Shown here piece by piece: positions 58,660 through 64,000 of a stretch of DNA of 64,000 nt. A model generated the notes under the pieces. That model worked only from the letters and a program-made list of their open reading frames with translations, ran no database searches and was not told the origin of the DNA. Position numbers and translations under genes: made by a program. The stretch's first letter is position 1; every line of letters starts with the position of its first letter. Source of the stretch: Candidatus Caldarchaeum sp. (GTDB taxonomy: Archaea; Thermoproteota; Nitrososphaeria_A; Caldarchaeales; Caldarchaeaceae); contig JAWBRA010000002.1 of assembly GCA_038844785.1 (NCBI GenBank), positions 1 through 64,000 on the forward strand, given 5' to 3'.

Positions 58660-59306
58660 AAACAGTAGCGCTTTTGTCAGGTGGAATAGACTCAACCGTT
58701 ATGGCCTGGAAACTACGTATAGAAGGACACACGATAATTCCGCTAACTTTCTTAACATACCGTAGAAACCTGCGTGAGGTTGAGGCCGTAAAGAAAATAG
58801 CTTCGATGGTTTCACAGCATCCGTTAAAGATTGTTGACGTAGGTTTCTTGAGAGAAGTTGTGGACCTTCCCCAAAATGTTAAAGATAAAATCTTACATGC
58901 AGCAGGCGACCTTCCAACCATCCTCATACCCTACAGGAATATCATATTTTACTCCGTGGCAGCACACGTAGCCTGTCTGGAGGATGCAAGCCAGGTAGCT
59001 GGCGGACACACTCTCGAAGACGTTGGAAGAATCCCTGACGTTGGCCAGGGTTTCTTCAAAGAGCTGGAAAACCTTCTCCAAACATCAATGCCCTACTCAG
59101 ACGTGCGGATTTTAACACCCTTAATAGGGCTTAGGAAAGTCGATGTTTTGAGGCTGGGCGTTGAGCTGGGCGCTCCGCTAAACATTACATGGAGCTGTTG
59201 GGGCGTGTTGGAGAGACATTGTGGAAAGTGTCCAGGCTGTCTGGCTAGAAGAGAGGCGTTTAAGCTGGCTGGAGTACCTGACGAAACAGACTACGCTGAG
59301 GTATAG
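58656..59306 (+). CDS. queC: 7-cyano-7-deazaguanine synthase
   Basis: LLSGGIDST, PYRN, TWSC..HCGKCPGC. Confidence 0.92.
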   Translation: MKTVALLSGGIDSTVMAWKLRIEGHTIIPLTFLTYRRNLREVEAVKKIASMVSQHPLKIVDVGFLREVVDLPQNVKDKILHAAGDLPTILIPYRNIIFYSVAAHVACLEDASQVAGGHTLEDVGRIPDVGQGFFKELENLLQTSMPYSDVRILTPLIGLRKVDVLRLGVELGAPLNITWSCWGVLERHCGKCPGCLARREAFKLAGVPDETDYAEV

Positions 59307-59343
59307 TTCTTTAGGCTGGTTCATAAGGTCTTGGAGGGGGTGG

Positions 59344-60153
59344 CTGCGGCTGGTTAAGATTTTGGTGGTTTATGCGTCTACCAGACCTGAGGCGGTGGCA
59401 GCCGCCAAAAAGGTGGAAAACTTCCTTCAGACAAAGACCTCACAATACAGCGTTCTTTCACTGAGCGAGTTTGACGAGAAGCATCCAACCCTCGGCGGAG
59501 AAATTGTAATGGTTTTAGGGGGCGATGGAACCATGCTCAGGGTCGCTCGCAGGATTTCCTCACCAGATGTCAAGCTTTTCGGGGTCAATTTTGGACGAGC
59601 TGGTTTTCTCAGCACTGTAGAGCCCGCCGAGCTAGAGGAAGCTTGTAAAAGAATCACAGACGAAGATTATTACGTGGAGAAGGTTATGCGATTGTCTATA
59701 TATGCCGACGGCGAGTTTTTGGCTGACGCGCTCAACGAAGCATACGTCTCCTCAAGGAAGCCAGGCAAAATAATAGAATACAGGCTGTTGCAGCGAGAGC
59801 AGCTTGCCTCCGACGTTGCCGACGGCGTAATCCTAGCAACACCAGTAGGCTCCACGGCCTACGCATTCTCCACGGGCGGACCAATAGTTGACGAGAGGCT
59901 TGAATCCGTGGTGGTGGCGCCTATGGCATCCATGACAAACCTAAGGCCTATGGTCTTGTCGATAGAGCTTCCGGTAACGGTTTTCGTTGTAAAAGGTGAG
60001 GCGCAGGTGATGGTTGACGGCCACACCACCAAGCTGCTGCAGGAGGGCAAGGTTGTGGTTGAAAAATCTCCGAGGAGTCTTTCCTTCATCTCCTTCGACG
60101 AAAGAAGGCTTTTCAGCAGACGTTTGAGGAAGAGGCTGTATGGGAGGCCGTAG
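59344..60153 (+). CDS. nadK: NAD(+) kinase (start probably CTG at 59344 or 59350)
   Basis: LGGDGT, GVNFGRAGFL, LNE, DGVILATPVGSTAY..GGP. Confidence 0.92.
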   Translation: MRLVKILVVYASTRPEAVAAAKKVENFLQTKTSQYSVLSLSEFDEKHPTLGGEIVMVLGGDGTMLRVARRISSPDVKLFGVNFGRAGFLSTVEPAELEEACKRITDEDYYVEKVMRLSIYADGEFLADALNEAYVSSRKPGKIIEYRLLQREQLASDVADGVILATPVGSTAYAFSTGGPIVDERLESVVVAPMASMTNLRPMVLSIELPVTVFVVKGEAQVMVDGHTTKLLQEGKVVVEKSPRSLSFISFDERRLFSRRLRKRLYGRP

Positions 60154-60655
60154 GGTTTACGTACTGGATACGACAGCGATTTTGGCGGCACAGCTTGAGC
60201 CAGGTCCTGCAGAGCTTGTAACCGTCCAAGAGGTGGTTGACGAAGTTGTGTACGGCGGACTCGCACCCCAGAGGCTCGCAACAGCCCTTTCAAAAAACAT
60301 CATAAGGATAAGAAAACCATCCAAACAGTCTGTTGAGAAAGTTAGTGCTGCGGCGCTTACGACAGGCGACCTTCCTAAGCTCTCTAAGGCCGACATAAAC
60401 TTGCTGGCAGCGGCATGCGACGAGCTGGCTGAAGGAGGTCAGGTAGTGGTTTTGTCAGATGACTACAGCCTTCAGAATACGGCTCTGAAGCTTGGGCTAG
60501 AGGTTGCGGGAGTGGCTAGGATGCCTGTACGCGCCTTCAGGCTGTGGAGTGCGGAATGCAGCGTCTGCGGCAAGGTTTTTGAAAAACCTGTTAAAACCTG
60601 CCCCGTCTGCGGCGGCGAGGTGGTAAGGAGGCGGAAGGCCTCCGGCAGCGGCTAA
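60140..60655 (+). CDS. nob1: Nob1-like PIN endonuclease with zinc ribbon
   Basis: YVLDTTA, LSKAD, SDDYSLQN, CSVC..CPVCG. Confidence 0.9.
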   Translation: MGGRRVYVLDTTAILAAQLEPGPAELVTVQEVVDEVVYGGLAPQRLATALSKNIIRIRKPSKQSVEKVSAAALTTGDLPKLSKADINLLAAACDELAEGGQVVVLSDDYSLQNTALKLGLEVAGVARMPVRAFRLWSAECSVCGKVFEKPVKTCPVCGGEVVRRRKASGSG

Positions 60656-61203
60656 CGCTTTGAGAGAAGGTATCCCGACAGCATAAGACCCCATGAGAGG
60701 ACAGGGTAAACTATCATCCTCTCCATGCCTCCGTGACCAAGCCCCATATAGTTACCCGATATGAAGAGGGCTAGAGCTGCAAGCGAGACGAGGCCTGCTA
60801 CGGCTGACAGCAAGCCAACCAATCTGTCAAACACTCTTAAGCCATATAAGGCTGCAACGCCTGCAAAAAGAAACGTTATCAAAGACATGACTGTGTGGAG
60901 CACGGGGACGTTTTCAGGAAATATTCCCACACCCGCGGCTCCAACCCCTGCTAAGGCAACGAAGATCCTGAAAAGCCTGCTTTTGAATACCTCGGCCCCA
61001 AGGTATGCGGACAGAACAACGCAGAGGCCGAGGAAGACTATGGAGGTGTTGAATATTGGGGCGGCAGCCCCCACACCCAAATCGCTTATGTAGTTGCCTG
61101 AGACACTGTATCCGGGGTAAACCGATTCCGCAACCCTAAGCGCCATCAAGAACTGCGTAATAGCTATGAAGAGCAAAGCCCCTGCTGCAACAGGCTTCTT
61201 CAT
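60652..61203 (-). CDS. DUF998-family membrane protein
   Basis: YPGYS...YISDLG, GVGIFP, GGMERM. Confidence 0.8.
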   Translation of the reverse strand: MKKPVAAGALLFIAITQFLMALRVAESVYPGYSVSGNYISDLGVGAAAPIFNTSIVFLGLCVVLSAYLGAEVFKSRLFRIFVALAGVGAAGVGIFPENVPVLHTVMSLITFLFAGVAALYGLRVFDRLVGLLSAVAGLVSLAALALFISGNYMGLGHGGMERMIVYPVLSWGLMLSGYLLSKR

Positions 61204-61237
61204 CGCAAATTTTTGGGAAGGCTGAGTATTTTTGTTT

Positions 61238-61657
61238 TTACATAAGCATGGTCAAAAGCAGAGGTAACGCTACGACCAAAGGAACCTCTACACGGGCTAT
61301 GTTAAAAGCTGTCCGGCGGGCTTTGACGTCACCCTTGGCAGCACGCGGACCGTAAACAAACGAATGGACAAAGTCTAGGGCGAGCGCGGTGTAGAGGGTT
61401 GTAAGGGCCGCGGCCTCGGGAAAACCCATGTTTTTCATCAAGGCCAAGTACGTTGCTGAAACTGTCAAAACCGGTATGGCTGTCCATGCGAGAGGGTTGT
61501 AGCGTTTCATCATCCCAGCCATCATCCTCAACCTCAGAAGTCTGTCGTCTAGAATTCTTGTTTCGGGTATTGCGGCGAGGGTCAGGTGGATTAGCCCTCC
61601 AGCCCATAAAACCAGCCCGTAAACCAGAGCAGACTTAGCTAGCAACTCAACGCTCAT
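61238..61657 (-). CDS. Four-TM membrane protein (CopD/DUF4149-like)
   Basis: WAGG, HSFVYGP; four hydrophobic segments. Confidence 0.6.
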   Translation of the reverse strand: MSVELLAKSALVYGLVLWAGGLIHLTLAAIPETRILDDRLLRLRMMAGMMKRYNPLAWTAIPVLTVSATYLALMKNMGFPEAAALTTLYTALALDFVHSFVYGPRAAKGDVKARRTAFNIARVEVPLVVALPLLLTMLM

Positions 61658-62187
61658 TTCACGTATCTACGTAAAACCAGTACAGTGACCTGCGCCCCGG
61701 CGGCGCTCAACACCAGGTTGGCGGCAATAGCTCCAACCCATATGACTGCAAGCGCTTGGAGCTGGGCTTGGAACAGGCCGACGTAGGTGAGGATACTCAT
61801 GGCAACAAGCGCCTCAGCCAAACCACTTACCAGCGTCCCAGCTAGGATCCTTCTCGGCTTCCTGCAAACGTCAGCATATTTTTTGCCTAGGCTCAAGTCA
61901 TAAACCAAACCTGCCGCTGTAGTGGCGAAGAAAAGGTACGGGGCTGGAGCTGGAACCACCGCAAGCAGCACGAGCCCGGCAACTACAGACATCGAGGTGA
62001 CGCTCCACATACGCCCTGAATAAGCGGCTACAGCGCTCATAGTAAGACCCCTGAAGAAATGGGCTGGATAACCTCTGGCTGCGGGGAGCGTGAGTCCGAA
62101 AAGAGATGACATCAGCACGTAAAACGCTGCTGACAACGCGATGACGGAAAGGTTTTTTGTGGATAAAAGCTTTTGGTAGGGTTGCAT
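61654..62187 (-). CDS. Membrane protein, ECF S-component-like
   Basis: Five to six TM segments in 177 aa; AAGLVYD motif. Confidence 0.55.
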   Translation of the reverse strand: MQPYQKLLSTKNLSVIALSAAFYVLMSSLFGLTLPAARGYPAHFFRGLTMSAVAAYSGRMWSVTSMSVVAGLVLLAVVPAPAPYLFFATTAAGLVYDLSLGKKYADVCRKPRRILAGTLVSGLAEALVAMSILTYVGLFQAQLQALAVIWVGAIAANLVLSAAGAQVTVLVLRRYVK

Positions 62188-62293
62188 ATTGCGAAAAACA
62201 TAAAGTATTATTTAAATCTATTCAAGATACCGCAAAGAAAAAACCTGGCGAAAAGGCGAAAGCTTTATCAAACGAACGCAGCAGGCCATTAAG

Positions 62294-63841
62294 GTGAACC
62301 AAGCCAGCGACGACGTAGTCGTGGTTGTTGACTTCGGAGGCCAGTACGCCCACCTGATAAGCCGCAGAATAAGAGAGCTGGGCGTGAAGACCGAGGTTAT
62401 TCCCTACACCGCAGCCAACGGGCATTTCTTTCCAGACAACGTTAGAGGATTTGTTTTGTCAGGCGGTCCCGCAAGCGTTTACGAACCTCAGGCCCCACGT
62501 ATCAGCTTCGAGAGCCTGGGTGGAAGGCCTGTCCTAGGCATCTGCTACGGCCACCAGCTCATAGCCCACCTTTTCAAGGGTCTTGTGAGAAGGGCTTCGA
62601 AAAGAGAATATGGAAGAGTGGAGCTTAGAGTGGTTGAGGACTGCGAGCTCTTCAAGGGCTTGCCCAACAAGTTTAACGTATGGATGAGCCATTCGGATGT
62701 TGTAGAGAAGCTGCCGCCGGGCTTCAGGACAGCGGCCTCAACAGATACATCACCCAACTCAGCAATCTACGACAGCGTCAGAAAGATTTACGGACTGCAG
62801 TTCCATCCAGAGGTTGTTCACACAGAGCACGGACTTCAAATACTCAAAAACTTTGTTGTGGATGTTTGCGGCTGCAAGCCTACCTGGCGTATGGAAGATT
62901 ACGTCGAAAAAGTCGTTAAACTTGTCGACGAAGAGGTGAAAGACGGTAGAGTTTTATGCGCTGTGAGCGGCGGCGTCGACTCGACAGTAACCGCCGTCAT
63001 CGTCTCCAAGGCCGTCGGAGACCGTTTGAAATGTCTTTTCGTCAACCACGGCTTGTTGAGAAAACGCGAGCCTGAGTTGGTTTTAGAAATGTTGAGGAAG
63101 ATAGTCGGAGAAAACAACGTAATCTACGTGGATGCTTCGGAAAGGTTTCTGAAAAAGCTGAAGGGCATAGCGGACCCCGAGGAGAAGAGAAAGGTCATAG
63201 GGGCTGAGTTCGCAGCGATCTTCGAGGAGGTCAGCTCAAGCTATGGTCCGTTTACCCATCTTGCGCAGGGAACGCTTTACCCCGACGTCGTCGAGAGCGG
63301 AAGGTCCGTGGGAGGCTCGGCCGTCATAAAAACTCACCACAACGTGGGCGGCTTGCCCCAGAGCCTCGGCTTGAGGGTTGTGGAGCCTTTGAAAGAGCTT
63401 TACAAAGACGAGGTGAGAAAGCTAGCCCAAATACTAGGACTCCCGCAATGGGTTGCCCGAAGACATCCCTTCCCAGGGCCGGGGCTAGCTGTCAGGGTAA
63501 TAGGCGAAGTAACGCCTGAGAAGCTGGAGATAAGCAGGAAAGCTTCGGAGATCGTCGAGGAGGAGCTGGAGAAAGCTGGGTTAATTGATGACGTGTGGCA
63601 GGCCTTCGCGTTCGTGGGAGATGACAAAGCAACCGGTGTCAAAGGAGACCAGAGAAGCTACGGATACATCGTGACGGTGAGGGTGGTTACATCGGTTGAC
63701 GGGATGACAGCTGACTGGGCTAGACTTCCTCATGAGGTTCTCGATAGAATAGCGAGAAGAATCACTAACGAAGTGGAGAACGTGACATGGGTTACCTACG
63801 CCGTCTCAAGCAAGCCGCCGGCCACGATTGAGCCTCAGTAA
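62294..63841 (+). CDS. guaA: GMP synthase (fused glutaminase and synthetase)
   Basis: DFGGQY, GICYG, QFHPE, SGGVDS, KTHHNVGG, FPGPGL, KPPATIE. Confidence 0.97.
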   Translation: MNQASDDVVVVVDFGGQYAHLISRRIRELGVKTEVIPYTAANGHFFPDNVRGFVLSGGPASVYEPQAPRISFESLGGRPVLGICYGHQLIAHLFKGLVRRASKREYGRVELRVVEDCELFKGLPNKFNVWMSHSDVVEKLPPGFRTAASTDTSPNSAIYDSVRKIYGLQFHPEVVHTEHGLQILKNFVVDVCGCKPTWRMEDYVEKVVKLVDEEVKDGRVLCAVSGGVDSTVTAVIVSKAVGDRLKCLFVNHGLLRKREPELVLEMLRKIVGENNVIYVDASERFLKKLKGIADPEEKRKVIGAEFAAIFEEVSSSYGPFTHLAQGTLYPDVVESGRSVGGSAVIKTHHNVGGLPQSLGLRVVEPLKELYKDEVRKLAQILGLPQWVARRHPFPGPGLAVRVIGEVTPEKLEISRKASEIVEEELEKAGLIDDVWQAFAFVGDDKATGVKGDQRSYGYIVTVRVVTSVDGMTADWARLPHEVLDRIARRITNEVENVTWVTYAVSSKPPATIEPQ

Positions 63842-64000
63842 CTACTTTCCCTTCCAAACAGGCTTCCGCTTCTCGAGGAAGGCTCTGGCACCCTCTTTCT
63901 GGTCCTCTGTCGAGAAAAGCGAGGCGAAGAGCTGGAGCTCAAGCCTCAGCCCTGCTGACAAACTTGTCTCCAACGCAGCATTCACAGCCTCTTTAGCCGC
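63842..64000 (-). CDS. Enoyl-CoA hydratase/crotonase, C-terminal part (runs off the window)
   Basis: Manual translation [45 protein letters not shown]. Confidence 0.85.
   Translation of the reverse strand, partial: AAKEAVNAALETSLSAGLRLELQLFASLFSTEDQKEGARAFLEKRKPVWKGK

Overview
Archaeal chromosomal segment. The gene content (Elf1, separate GINS15 and GINS23, Alba, bacterial-type grpE-dnaK-dnaJ, class II HMG-CoA reductase, fused GuaA, many TTG/GTG starts) suggests a TACK archaeon such as Ca. Caldarchaeum (Aigarchaeota); this placement is inference. Most of the window is dense housekeeping DNA: replication (PriS, GINS, MCM, Hel308, Orc1/Cdc6, RFC-L/S), tRNA processing (CCA, ThpR, RNase Z, Trm11, Clp1), translation, chaperones, lipid and cofactor metabolism. 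Three accessory regions stand out. (1) 1-4210: a type IIG-like nuclease-methyltransferase with an extra C-terminal beta-rich domain, translationally coupled to a BrxL homologue that the ORF track missed, i.e. the start of a BREX-related defence operon. (2) 9538-11763: a tRNA-Val(TAC) gene split at the anticodon loop by a ~2.15 kb insert with a 5-bp direct repeat. The insert carries its own intact, sequence-distinct tRNA-Val(TAC) with a promoter, a tRNA-Leu 3' fragment and an MtrA/DUF4346 pseudogene. (3) 34087-35030: a decayed IS6-like element beside an orphan leader-repeat-spacer-repeat mini-CRISPR. All assignments come from recognising motifs by eye; no database searches were run.
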